DNA of 64,000 nt from an uncultured Methylomirabilota bacterium (GCA_963705305.1 OY970067.1:2624001-2688000); one strand, 5' to 3'; shown: positions 10,379 to 20,101, counted from the first letter of the stretch. Notes: generated from the letters alone by a model not told the origin. A program made the numbers and translations.

Positions 10379-11770
10379 ATGGTGGATGTACACGAGACGA
10401 CACGACAGGCCGTGATCGGTTGGGATGTGAGCCGGGTGGTCTTCCGCGACCTGGAGCGGGACTATCCCGTGGTGGAGCGGGGGGAGGGAATCTACCTGTT
10501 CGACACCAAAGGCCGGAAATACATCGACGGCTCCGGCGGCTCGTCCGTGGTCACGTCCATCGGCCACGGGAGCGCTCGGGTGGCTGCAGTCATGGCGGAG
10601 CAGGCCCGGACCATCGCCTTCAGCCCAGCCCACTGTTTCGCCAACACGCCCCACATCCAGCTCTGCCAGAAGATCGCCGAGATCGCGCCCGCGGGCATGG
10701 CGCAGACCTTTTTGCTGTCCGGGGGGTCGGAGGCCACCGAGAACGCCGTCAAGTTCGCGCGCCAGTACGAGTTCGAGCGGAACAACCGCGGCAAGGTCAC
10801 GGTGATCGGCCGCTGGCAGGGCTTCCACGGGAACACTTTCGGGGCCATGACCGCCAGCGGCCACACCTACCGCCGCCGGATCTACGGCCCCATGCTGGGC
10901 CACGCCGTGAAGATCCCCCCCTGCTACTGCTACCGCTGCGACTGGGGGCTGACCTACGGGCAGTGCCATCTGGAGTGCGCCCGGGCGCTGCGGAAGGCCG
11001 TCCGCCAGGAAGGCCCGGAGAACGTCTTGGCGTTCATCGCCGAGCCGGTGGTGGGGGCGGCGCTGGGGGGCGTGCCGGCCGTGCCGGAATACTTCGGACT
11101 GATCCGCGAGATCTGCGACGAGCTGGATGTGCTGTTCATCGCCGACGAAGTGATGACCGGGTTCGGTCGCACGGGGGCGAACTTTGGGATGGACCACTGG
11201 CACGTCGTCCCCGACATCATCGCCACCGCCAAGGGGATCTCGGGCGGCTACACGCCGCTGGCGGCCGTGTTGCTGCACGAGCGAATCATCGAGTTGCTGC
11301 GCTCGCACAAGAGCAATTTCCGCGGCGGACACACCTACTGCGCCAACCCGCTGTCGGCGCGGGTAGGGATGGAGGTCCTGGACATCATCCGGGAGCAGGG
11401 GCTGGTCGAGAACAGCCGGCGGATGGGTCTGCGCCTGCTGGAGGGGCTCCAGCGGCTGTTGGACCACCCGACGGTGGGGGACGTGCGGGGCAAGGGGCTC
11501 ATGGCCGGCGTGGAGTTCGTCCGCGACAAGCGAACCAAGGAGCCGTTCCCAGTGGAGTACCAGTTCGGCAAGCGGGTCTTCGAGGAGGCCTTCGTCCGCG
11601 GGCTGGTCGTCTTCGCCGGCAGCGGGACGGTGGATGGGGTGGCCGGCGACCACCTGCTCTTGGCTCCTCCCTTCATCATCACCGAGGGCCAGGTGGACGA
11701 TCTCCTCGGAATTTTGAACGAGGCCATCGGCGCGGTGGAGAAGGCGCTGCCGCCGGGGCTGCGAGGATAG
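10379..11770 (+). CDS. Class III PLP-dependent aminotransferase
   Basis: SGGSEATENA, FHGNT, FIADEVMTGFGRTG, TAKGISGGY (PLP Lys), GHTY. Confidence 0.93.
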   Translation: MVDVHETTRQAVIGWDVSRVVFRDLERDYPVVERGEGIYLFDTKGRKYIDGSGGSSVVTSIGHGSARVAAVMAEQARTIAFSPAHCFANTPHIQLCQKIAEIAPAGMAQTFLLSGGSEATENAVKFARQYEFERNNRGKVTVIGRWQGFHGNTFGAMTASGHTYRRRIYGPMLGHAVKIPPCYCYRCDWGLTYGQCHLECARALRKAVRQEGPENVLAFIAEPVVGAALGGVPAVPEYFGLIREICDELDVLFIADEVMTGFGRTGANFGMDHWHVVPDIIATAKGISGGYTPLAAVLLHERIIELLRSHKSNFRGGHTYCANPLSARVGMEVLDIIREQGLVENSRRMGLRLLEGLQRLLDHPTVGDVRGKGLMAGVEFVRDKRTKEPFPVEYQFGKRVFEEAFVRGLVVFAGSGTVDGVAGDHLLLAPPFIITEGQVDDLLGILNEAIGAVEKALPPGLRG

Positions 11771-11815
11771 GCCCGCGGCGCGGGTTCAATTGGGCCGACG
11801 TGCCCAGGAGGCCAT

Positions 11816-13156
11816 ATGGGTGCCCAGGTCTTTCGAGACTTCAAGAAGGAATACCCGGTCATCGTGCGAGGCAAGGGGGTGTTCCTCTACGATCGGGCCG
11901 GGCGCGAGTATCTCGACGCCGTCGGAGGCATTTCGGTGGTGAACGTCGGACACGGCGTGCCCGAGATCATCGCCGCCATGCGGGGCCAGGCCGAGCAGGT
12001 GGCCTTCGTCCACGGCGGCTCCTTCGCCAACGAGCCGGCCATGGCGCTCTCGGAGGAGTTGGCGACCTGGGCGCCGAAGGGTATGGGCCACGTCCTGCTC
12101 TTGTCCGGCGGCTCCGAGGCCACCGAGACCGCCATGAAGCTGGCCCACCAATACCACCTGGAGCGGGGGAGGGAAGGGAAGTACCGCATCATCTCCCGTT
12201 GGATCAGCTATCACGGCAACACCATCGGGGCCCTGTCCATGTCGGGGCGCACGGCCTGGCGGCGAGAGTTCACACCGTACCTTCAGAGCTTCCCAAAGAT
12301 CCACCCACCGTATTGCTACCGGTGCCCGTACGGGACGAGCTATCCGGGCTGTGGGATCGCCTGTGCCGAGGATCTCGAGCGGGTGATCTCGCTGGAAGGC
12401 GCCGAGGGGATCGCGGCCTTCATCGCCGAGCCGGTGATCGGGACCTCCGCCGCCGGGGTCACTCCGCCCCCCGAGTACTACCCGCGCATCCGGGAGATCT
12501 GCGACAAGCACGACATCCTCTTCATCGCCGACGAGGTGATCACCGGCGTGGGCCGGACGGGAAAAAACTTCGCAATCGAACACTGGGGAGTCATACCGGA
12601 CATGATCACGACGGCGAAGGCCCTGAGCAGCGGGTATGCACCGCTCGCCGCGGTGATTCTGCACGACAAGGTGTATGACGCCATCGCCTCCGGGTCGGGC
12701 CACATGACGCAGGGGTTTACCTACTCCGGCCATCCGTTGTGTTCCGCGGTCGGCCTAGCCGTGCTCACGTACCTCAAGGAACACAAGCTGGTGGAGAATG
12801 CCGCTCGTGTCGGGCGCGTCTTGCTTCAGCGGCTGGAGACGCTCAAGCGGTTTTCCATCGTGGGCGATGTGCGCGGGACCGGCTTGATCCTGGGGGTGGA
12901 GTTCGTGGCCGACCAGGCCACCAAGCGACCTTTCCCGCCGGAGGCCGGCGTCACGCGCCGGATCGTGGAGGCCGTGCTGGCGCAGGGGGTGGTGGTGGTT
13001 CCGGGCATGAGCGGTATGATCGACGGGGTGGCCGGCGACCACATCCAGATCAGCCCTCCCTACATCTTCAGCGAGTCGAACGTCGAGCAGCTGGTCGCGG
13101 CGCTGGAGTCTGCGATCCAGATGGTCATGCGGGACACGCCGCGGGCAGGAGGCTAG
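11816..13156 (+). CDS. Class III PLP-dependent aminotransferase (paralogue of upstream gene)
   Basis: SGGSEATETA, YHGNT, FIADEVITGVGRTG, TAKALSSGY, GFTYSGHP. Confidence 0.93.
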   Translation: MGAQVFRDFKKEYPVIVRGKGVFLYDRAGREYLDAVGGISVVNVGHGVPEIIAAMRGQAEQVAFVHGGSFANEPAMALSEELATWAPKGMGHVLLLSGGSEATETAMKLAHQYHLERGREGKYRIISRWISYHGNTIGALSMSGRTAWRREFTPYLQSFPKIHPPYCYRCPYGTSYPGCGIACAEDLERVISLEGAEGIAAFIAEPVIGTSAAGVTPPPEYYPRIREICDKHDILFIADEVITGVGRTGKNFAIEHWGVIPDMITTAKALSSGYAPLAAVILHDKVYDAIASGSGHMTQGFTYSGHPLCSAVGLAVLTYLKEHKLVENAARVGRVLLQRLETLKRFSIVGDVRGTGLILGVEFVADQATKRPFPPEAGVTRRIVEAVLAQGVVVVPGMSGMIDGVAGDHIQISPPYIFSESNVEQLVAALESAIQMVMRDTPRAGG

Positions 13157-13578
13157 GGGGCCCGCCGGGCGAGTTCCTGGCGGATGCTCTGCAGGTGTTG
13201 CAGGAGTCCGGACGTATTCACCTTCAGCCGCTCGGCGATCTCCCCCCAATTCAGCCGTCCCGTGGCCCACAGTCCCAGCACGGCGTCCGGCGACGCATGC
13301 CCCGCCTCGGCCAGGGCCAGGACGACCGCAACCTCGCCGTAGTCCAGTTTCTGATCGTGCAGGTCCGAGATCACCCGTGGTTTCACCCGGAAGATGCGAG
13401 CCAGCTGCGCCTCGGCAGCCGCCTCTCCCAGGCGAGTGGCTGCCTCTTCCACGCGCAGCGCAGCGTTCCCGATGCGCTCCTCGGTGTCCGCGGGTTGAGC
13501 CGCCAGAATGCACGCGTCCGGCAGCCAGACCAGAAACCAGAGCGCCAAGCATACGCTCCACGCCTGTCGTCTCCGCAT
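13153..13578 (-). CDS. Exported hypothetical helical protein
   Basis: RBS-like GAAGA before ATG; signal peptide MRRRQAWSVCLALWFLVW; YGEVAVVLALA and WGEIAERLKV helices. Confidence 0.6.
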   Translation of the reverse strand: MRRRQAWSVCLALWFLVWLPDACILAAQPADTEERIGNAALRVEEAATRLGEAAAEAQLARIFRVKPRVISDLHDQKLDYGEVAVVLALAEAGHASPDAVLGLWATGRLNWGEIAERLKVNTSGLLQHLQSIRQELARRAP

Positions 13579-13686
13579 ATCTTCACGCCTTTCTTGTTTC
13601 CGCATGACGCCGTGGCCCGTCCGTCCCGGATGCCGCTTCACGCGCCCCCCACTATCGCACGGTCCCGCCGGTGCCGGCAACCCCGG

Positions 13687-14460
13687 TCAACGCAGGAAGG
13701 CGAGGTACCAGACGATGAGCGTTTCCCCCCAGAAGAGGGCCACCACGGCCCCCAGGGCCAGGAACGGTCCAAAGGGCATGTGCTGGCGACGGCCCACCCG
13801 CCGCAGGACGATGAGGCCGACGCCCACGCCCGCGCCCGACAGACAGCCGATCAGGATCGTGAGGATCACCGCCCGCCAGCCCAGGAAGGCGCCCACCATG
13901 GCGACGAGATTGAGGTCGCCCTCTCCCATGGCGTCCTGGCCGTAGACAACCCCTCCGTAGTAGAGCACCAGGTACAGGAACCCGGCGCCGGCCAGCATGC
14001 CGATCACCCGATCGAGGATGGGCGGACCGCCCAGGAACAGGCCGGCCAGCAGCCCCAAGGGGATGCCCGGAAGCGTGATAGCGTTGGGGATGATCTGGTG
14101 GTCGAGATCGATGAAGGTCGCGGCCACCAGCGCGGACAGGAAGACGAGGAGGACGCCCCCCACCGGCGAGACCCCGAAGCGGGCGACCGTCAGGGCGAAC
14201 AGGATACCGGTCAGGCCTTCGACGAGCGGGTAGCGCCATGAGATGGGTGCCCGGCAGGCGCGGCACCGGCCGCGGAGGATGAGGAAGCTGAGGAGGGGGA
14301 TGTTGTCCCACGGGCGGATGGGCGCCCCGCAGGCCGGGCAGTGTGAGCCGGGGAACACCAGGCTTTCCTCCCGGGGCAGACGATGGATGCACACATTCAG
14401 GAAGCTTCCCACCACCAGACCGAAGAGAAAGGCGACGACGACTTCGGGAGATCCAGGCAT
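13687..14460 (-). CDS. pilD: Prepilin peptidase (A24)
   Basis: GSFLNVCIHRLP, CPAC..WDNIP..CRAC, FIDLDHQIIP, MGEGD, PFGPFL. Confidence 0.96.
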   Translation of the reverse strand: MPGSPEVVVAFLFGLVVGSFLNVCIHRLPREESLVFPGSHCPACGAPIRPWDNIPLLSFLILRGRCRACRAPISWRYPLVEGLTGILFALTVARFGVSPVGGVLLVFLSALVAATFIDLDHQIIPNAITLPGIPLGLLAGLFLGGPPILDRVIGMLAGAGFLYLVLYYGGVVYGQDAMGEGDLNLVAMVGAFLGWRAVILTILIGCLSGAGVGVGLIVLRRVGRRQHMPFGPFLALGAVVALFWGETLIVWYLAFLR

Positions 14461-14497
14461 GGGAACTGCCCTCGGGTGGTTACAGTCCGATTGGCGT

Positions 14498-15895
14498 CTA
14501 CGGCCCGGAGCCTCCGGGCCGCGGCGGAGCGCCGGTCGCCCCGGCCGTGTTCCCCGGCGCCGGACGGCTCGAAGGACGCCCGGCGGCGCTGCAGGGGCCG
14601 GGGCACTCCTTCCGCGCCTGAAAGATCATCTCGCACAGTCCGACGTAACGGAGGTCCTGGACGCTGTACCCCGCGGCCATGAGCCGCTGCATGAGACCGG
14701 CGCGCGTGTAGTGGGTGATATGCTCGTGAGCATAGGCGCCCGGCAGGAGCTTCCCGTAGATCCACTCTAGAACCCCCCAGAGCCGTCGGTCGTAGTCCGG
14801 CGTGCCCAGGATCAAAGTTCCGCCGGGGCGGAGCACGCGGGTCATCTCGTGCATGACCTCGGGGAGGTCGGGAACGTGCTCGATGACTTCGGAGCAGATG
14901 ACCACGTCGCACGCGGCATCGCGGACCGGCAAGGCGAAGATGCTTCCGTTGACCAGACGGGAATGGGACCTGCGCAGGAAACGGAGCTTGGGCAGCAGGA
15001 TGTCCAGCCCGACGGCGGCGGGCAGTCCCTGGATGATCCGGCTGGAGCCACAGCCGATATCCAGGACCGTCCCGCGACCGTCCGGCGAGGCCGCCCGCAG
15101 GAACGCGAGGATGGTGCGGTGCCGGGCCCGCTGCCAGTAGCGCTGGAGCGGGATGGGGCTGTCGAAGGCGCGGTGGTCGTAGTCGGCCGACTCGACCGAG
15201 TTGCGGAGCCGCCACATGCGGACCAAGGTCCTGAGGTAGGCCCAGCCGAACTGGAGGAGCTTGGCGTGGGAACGGCCGGAGCTCCGGGCCATGTAGTGAA
15301 AGGGAACCTCCCGGATATGCCATCCCCGGCCGTGCACGCGGATCAGAATCTCCTCCAGGACATCGAAGTCGCGCGCCGCCAACCTCAGGTTCGTGAGGGC
15401 ATCCCGCCGGTACATGCGGAAGCCGCTGGAGAGGTCACGGATGTCCATGGACAGGGCGCGACGGTAAACGCGGTTCAGGATGTGGCTCAGCAGGCGGCGA
15501 AGCAGCCCCATGTCGGCCCGGCCGCCCGGGGCATACCGAGAGGCGATCAGGATCTCGGCCGCCTCGCGCTGTCTCCAGAACTCTTCGAGGAAGATCGGAC
15601 GGTGGGACAGGTCGGCGTCCATGGTTGCCACATAGGGGGCCTGCGTGGCGGCGAAGCCGGCGGCCAGGGCGCCCGCATACCCGGGCGCCTGCTGATGAAC
15701 CACGCGGGCCCCGCGCTTGGCGGCGGCGTCCGCGGAGCCGTCGGTGGATCCGCCGTCCACCACCAGGATCTCCCAGCGGGTCCCCAGCCCGTCCAGCGTG
15801 TCGCGCAGCGCCGGCAGGAGGAGCTCCAGGTTCTCCCGCTCGTTCAATGCGGGGATCACCACGGCGAGATCCGGCGGGTCAGACAAGGACCTCAT
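14498..15895 (-). CDS. DPM1-like GT2 polyprenol-phosphate sugar synthase fused to a class I SAM methyltransferase
   Basis: VVIPALNE, VDGGSTDGS, MDADLSH, SRYAPGG, SGFRMYRR; C-terminal VLDIGCGS and CSEVIEHV. Confidence 0.85.
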   Translation of the reverse strand: MRSLSDPPDLAVVIPALNERENLELLLPALRDTLDGLGTRWEILVVDGGSTDGSADAAAKRGARVVHQQAPGYAGALAAGFAATQAPYVATMDADLSHRPIFLEEFWRQREAAEILIASRYAPGGRADMGLLRRLLSHILNRVYRRALSMDIRDLSSGFRMYRRDALTNLRLAARDFDVLEEILIRVHGRGWHIREVPFHYMARSSGRSHAKLLQFGWAYLRTLVRMWRLRNSVESADYDHRAFDSPIPLQRYWQRARHRTILAFLRAASPDGRGTVLDIGCGSSRIIQGLPAAVGLDILLPKLRFLRRSHSRLVNGSIFALPVRDAACDVVICSEVIEHVPDLPEVMHEMTRVLRPGGTLILGTPDYDRRLWGVLEWIYGKLLPGAYAHEHITHYTRAGLMQRLMAAGYSVQDLRYVGLCEMIFQARKECPGPCSAAGRPSSRPAPGNTAGATGAPPRPGGSGP

Positions 15896-17598
15896 GGCGT
15901 CGACCGCCCCTCCCCCGGGCTGCCCTCGGAGGCCGCGGACGTTCGAGCGCGCCTCAGCCGAGCCGCCAGGCGAGCGGATTGCGGGACGCGCTGCGCCCCC
16001 GCCTCGTAGATGCGCAGGGCCGCCGTCGGGTCGTGCAGCGCCTCGTAAGCCGCCCCCAGATTCAGGTAGGCATCCTCGTAGGTCGGATTCAGCCGGATGG
16101 CCTGCTCCAGCCAGGGGAGCGCGTCCGCCGGGCGGCCGGTGCGGATCAGGAGGACGCCCAAGTTGTTCCGTGGGAGGGCGGAAGTGGGCGCGGCGCTAAG
16201 CTCGGCCTCGAACTCCTCGCGGGCGGCCGGCAGGTCCCCCCAATCCAGCAGCAGTTCACCCAGATTGTTGTGGACGAGGGCCCGAACCTTGACCGGCAGA
16301 TCCGGCTGCCTCCCCATGGCGCGATAGAAGTCCAGCGGGTCGGCCCAGGGCTGAAGCCGCAGCAGGGTCAGGCCGATGTATCCGGCGATCAGAATAGCGA
16401 GGCCGACAGCGCCCCAGTTGGAGATCCACAGGGGGGTCCGGGCCTCGAGGGCGTGGGCAAGAAGGGCCCCCAGGAGGATGCACCAGCCCACCGACGGCGC
16501 GTACAGGAACCGCTCGGCGGTAAAGAAGCCAAACTGCGGGGCCGGGGCATACAGGACCAGGGCGAGCGAAGGCACGAGCAGGATCGGGAGCCAGGCCACC
16601 CAGGGAAAGAGAGAGCGGGATCGGCGCCAGGCGGCCAGCAGCCCGACCACCAGTCCTCCAAGTGCAGCCGCGCCGCCGAGGGCGGTGGGGGGCACGGGCA
16701 CTACCCGAAGGGCGCGGAAGAAATGGAGCGCGGGGAGCGGAAACAGAAGGACCCGGGCATATTCTCCCAGGATGGCCAGGAGCCCCACCAGACGGAGGCG
16801 GGCCGGCCGGAAGCCGAGCGCGAAGCCTGCCGGGGCATGCGCCAAGCCCGTGCGGAGCCCCCAGTACAGACCCCCCGCCGCGAGCAGGGGGGCCAGCCGG
16901 GCCAGCGCGCCCAGCCACCGGCGGTGCGGCGGACATTCTTTCGGGTCTGAGATTTCCCACGTGATCCAGGCTGCGGGAAGCACCGCCACCGACTCTTTGC
17001 AGAGGAGCGCTGCCAGGAGTGCCACCCCCGCCAGGCTCCCCCAGGCCCAGGCGGCAGGTCGGGTCGCCTCCCGCATCCCGAGAAGTGCCAGCAGGGCCGC
17101 CAGCGCGAACGTTGTGGAGACCAGATCCACCCGACCCTGGATCCACGCCACCGCCTCCGTATGGGCGGGCAGCACGGCGAACAACACGGCGGCGATCCAG
17201 GCGGTCATCGGCCGACGCATCGTCCGCAGCGCGACGACGTACACCAGGAGGCTCGCCAGGACATGCCAGAGCAGGTTGCTGAGATGGTAGCCTGCCGGGT
17301 TCGTTCCCCAGAGCGTCCAGTCGAGGCGGTAGAGCAGGGTGATGAGGGGGCGGTAGTAGGGCAAGATGACATCGGTCACGTGGACCTGACTCCGGAAGAC
17401 GCCGGACAGGCTGGATGGCCCCGTCACCAGCGGGTCCGCCAGGATCACCAGCGGGTCGTCGAAGACAAAATCGAAGCGGACCGTTCCGACGGAGGCCACC
17501 ATGGCGATGAGGATCACCAGGATCAGCCGGCGGACGCCGGCGTGTCGATCGGTCCCGGAGAGCCAGGCGGACAACCACGGGCCGGGCGGCTGGCTCAT
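15892..17598 (-). CDS. TMTC-like multi-TM GT-C glycosyltransferase with C-terminal TPRs
   Basis: FVFDD (acidic pair after TM1), YYRPL, GYHLSNLLWH, HTEAVAWIQGRVDL, LLCKES, AERFLYAPS, then NNLG-type TPR repeats. Confidence 0.78.
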   Translation of the reverse strand: MSQPPGPWLSAWLSGTDRHAGVRRLILVILIAMVASVGTVRFDFVFDDPLVILADPLVTGPSSLSGVFRSQVHVTDVILPYYRPLITLLYRLDWTLWGTNPAGYHLSNLLWHVLASLLVYVVALRTMRRPMTAWIAAVLFAVLPAHTEAVAWIQGRVDLVSTTFALAALLALLGMREATRPAAWAWGSLAGVALLAALLCKESVAVLPAAWITWEISDPKECPPHRRWLGALARLAPLLAAGGLYWGLRTGLAHAPAGFALGFRPARLRLVGLLAILGEYARVLLFPLPALHFFRALRVVPVPPTALGGAAALGGLVVGLLAAWRRSRSLFPWVAWLPILLVPSLALVLYAPAPQFGFFTAERFLYAPSVGWCILLGALLAHALEARTPLWISNWGAVGLAILIAGYIGLTLLRLQPWADPLDFYRAMGRQPDLPVKVRALVHNNLGELLLDWGDLPAAREEFEAELSAAPTSALPRNNLGVLLIRTGRPADALPWLEQAIRLNPTYEDAYLNLGAAYEALHDPTAALRIYEAGAQRVPQSARLAARLRRARTSAASEGSPGEGRSTP

Positions 17599-18284
17599 TT
17601 TGCCGCCTCCGGGGTGGTGCGTCCCCGCATCTCGGCCAGGACCTTCTCGATCTCCCGTTTCGCAATCTGGCGGACCACCTCATTGGAGGCGTGCTCGTAC
17701 ATGTTCTGCCAGAGCTCGAGCGCGGTCTCCAGGGCGCCGGTTTTGGTGTACAGGCGCGCGATGAAGCGGGACAGGTAGGGCGGCCGTCCGGGCAGGCGAT
17801 TGGCCACCAGCCACCAGCGCAGGGCCTCCGGGTAATCCTTCAATTCCAGGTAGGAGAGGCGCCCGAGGTCGTGCGGCAGCTCCCAGCGATCGGGATTGGC
17901 CGCGATCCCTTTCTGGTAGATGGCGATGGCCTGCGGAACTTGATGGGCGATGTCCAGGAAGAGGCCACCCAGCCGGTAGGCCTCCACGAAGTGGGGATCC
18001 AGGCTGGTGGCCAGGTCCACCAAGGGATACAGCTGGGGAAGGGGCTCGTGGGATTCGATCCGCCCCCCGAAGTACTGCACGGTACGCAGCCAGTAGAGAT
18101 CCGCGGCCAGCGGGTGAAAGCCGAGGAGGAGCGGGCGCAGGACCGCCGCGCGGGGAAGGATCAGGAAGTTCTCTTTGGCGGACTGGATGGTCGGCGCCCG
18201 GGCCTCCAGGGTCCGGTTCAACGGGACCGTGGCGGCCAGAGTGCCCACGACCAGGCCGAGTCCCAGCAGTGCACCGCGCCTCAT
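17595..18284 (-). CDS. Membrane-anchored TPR-like protein (pilus-locus accessory)
   Basis: N-terminal hydrophobic segment; LAADLYWLRTVQY, LDPHFVEAY, KGIAANPDRWEL; 4-bp overlaps with both neighbours. Confidence 0.7.
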   Translation of the reverse strand: MRRGALLGLGLVVGTLAATVPLNRTLEARAPTIQSAKENFLILPRAAVLRPLLLGFHPLAADLYWLRTVQYFGGRIESHEPLPQLYPLVDLATSLDPHFVEAYRLGGLFLDIAHQVPQAIAIYQKGIAANPDRWELPHDLGRLSYLELKDYPEALRWWLVANRLPGRPPYLSRFIARLYTKTGALETALELWQNMYEHASNEVVRQIAKREIEKVLAEMRGRTTPEAAK

Positions 18285-19048
18285 TTGAGGTCCCGCTGTC
18301 CGAAGATGATGATGGCTGTCACCAGGAGTACGGCGATGTAGGCGGTCCCGTAGAGCAGGGCCAGGGGGAGATACCCCGGCCCCAGCGGGAGGTGATAGAT
18401 GCTGGCCTCCGTGATGTTGAAGCGACTGAGGTTGGGGAGAAGCGTGTAGAGGCCGGCGGCCAGGGCGCGAACGGCGGGGCTGCCCAGCTGCTGTGCAAAC
18501 GCCTTGAGGTCCGCGCTCAATCGCCCGATGACAAACAGGGACAGGGTGAAGATAGCGCTCAGCGTCGGCGTGGTAAATGTGGAGAAGAGGATGGCCGCCG
18601 CCGTCAACAGGAGCAGCTCGACATAGGCGAGCAGGACGGCCGGCATCAGCTCGAAGCTCCAGCGGCCCTCCAGGACGCGGGTGAGACACAGGAGGCCCGC
18701 GGCCATCACCGCCACGTTGACCAGCAGCGTCAATCCGAGGCCGCAGAATTTCCCCAGAATGAACTCGGCCCGCCGCACCGGGCGGGTCATCACCGGATAG
18801 ATGGTCCGCCGGTCGATCTCCCGCGAGACCAGTCCCACCCCGATGAACACGGCGATGAGAAGCCCGACGACAGAGATGGCGGCTATCCCCAGATCCTTGA
18901 CGATCTTCTCCTCGCCCCCGACGGACAAGCTCACCAGAATGGTCGAGCTGCCGATCATAGCCAGGGCGAACACCAGGAGGGCGTACAGCACCCGATCACG
19001 GACCGCCTCGGTGAAGGCCATGAGGGCGACGGCAGCGATCCGCTTCAT
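18281..19048 (-). CDS. ABC-2 type permease (PilI-like)
   Basis: EAVRDRVLY, EIDRRTIY..TRPVRRAEFILGKF; multi-TM. Confidence 0.85.
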   Translation of the reverse strand: MKRIAAVALMAFTEAVRDRVLYALLVFALAMIGSSTILVSLSVGGEEKIVKDLGIAAISVVGLLIAVFIGVGLVSREIDRRTIYPVMTRPVRRAEFILGKFCGLGLTLLVNVAVMAAGLLCLTRVLEGRWSFELMPAVLLAYVELLLLTAAAILFSTFTTPTLSAIFTLSLFVIGRLSADLKAFAQQLGSPAVRALAAGLYTLLPNLSRFNITEASIYHLPLGPGYLPLALLYGTAYIAVLLVTAIIIFGQRDLK

Positions 19049-19986
19049 GCCTGTCCCCCGGCGCGCACCTCGGCCAGGAAGAGCGTCTCGAGGCTCCGCT
19101 TCTGGGGCGTCACGGCTGTGATGCGTCCCCCCAGCTCCATGACCGTTCTGAGAAAGGGATCGACCTCCGCCTGCCCGCCCAGCCGGAACAGCGCCCGGTC
19201 CCCCTGGACCAGTGGGGGTCCCCCGGCCAGTCCCTCCAGCCGCCGCAAGGCTCCGGGCGGAAGCCCGGCGGTCGTGACGTCCACGGACTCGACCTCGCTC
19301 CCCAGCAGCTCGTCCAGCCGACCCACCCGGACCAGGCGGCCGCCCAGCAGGATGCCCACCCGGTCGCAGATGATCTCCACGTCGGGAATGATGTGGGTGC
19401 TGAAGAACACCGTGCGGCCCTCGTCCCGGAGGCGCAGGATGATATCCCGCACTTCCTTGCGGCCGATGGGATCCAGGCCGGACATGGGCTCGTCCAGGAT
19501 GACGAGCCGCGGATCGCCCAGCAGGGCCTGCGCCAGGCCGATCCGCTGCAGCATCCCCTTGGAGTACTTGCGAAGCTGCAGGCGTCCCGCCTTCACCAGT
19601 CCCACCAGGGCGAGCAGGGCGGCGATCTGTTCCCGGGCCCTCTGCCGGGCCAGGCCGGCCAGCTGGGCCATGTACGCGAGGAACTCCTCTCCCGTGAGAT
19701 ACTCGTAGAAATTCGGGCTCTCGGGGAGGAAGCCGATCTGGGATCGGAGGCGAGCCGTTTCCACGTCCTGGTCCAGCAACCAGGCCTGACCGGATGTGGG
19801 GCGGACCAGGCCAGTCAGGATCTTGATCGTGGTGGTCTTTCCGGCGCCGTTGGGACCGAGGTATCCGAATATCTCCCCGGCCTCCACGGAGAGATCCAGG
19901 CTATGAAGGACACGCGTCTTACGTCCCCAGAATCCGCTCCGGTAATCCTTCGAGACGCCTGCGATTCGGATGGCTGGCATTTCCAC
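19045..19986 (-). CDS. ABC transporter ATP-binding protein (PilH-like)
   Basis: GPNGAGKTT, YSKGMLQRIGLAQAL, LDEPMSGLDP. Confidence 0.92.
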   Translation of the reverse strand: MEMPAIRIAGVSKDYRSGFWGRKTRVLHSLDLSVEAGEIFGYLGPNGAGKTTTIKILTGLVRPTSGQAWLLDQDVETARLRSQIGFLPESPNFYEYLTGEEFLAYMAQLAGLARQRAREQIAALLALVGLVKAGRLQLRKYSKGMLQRIGLAQALLGDPRLVILDEPMSGLDPIGRKEVRDIILRLRDEGRTVFFSTHIIPDVEIICDRVGILLGGRLVRVGRLDELLGSEVESVDVTTAGLPPGALRRLEGLAGGPPLVQGDRALFRLGGQAEVDPFLRTVMELGGRITAVTPQKRSLETLFLAEVRAGGQA

Positions 19987-20071
19987 CTGCTCAGGCCGGA
20001 TGTGCGTGCGGGCAGCCCCGGCCGCCGCGCGCCGCGTCCGGCTGGATCGAGGGGCCGTGGACGCGCGGCTG

Positions 20072-20101
20072 ATTGTAGGAGGTGGGATTCACGAGTGTCA
20101 A
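20072..20101 (-). promoter_or_regulatory. sigma70-type promoter for the ABC/glycosylation/pilD operon
   Basis: Minus-strand TTGACA-N18-TACAAT about 85 nt upstream of the ATPase start. Confidence 0.65.
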
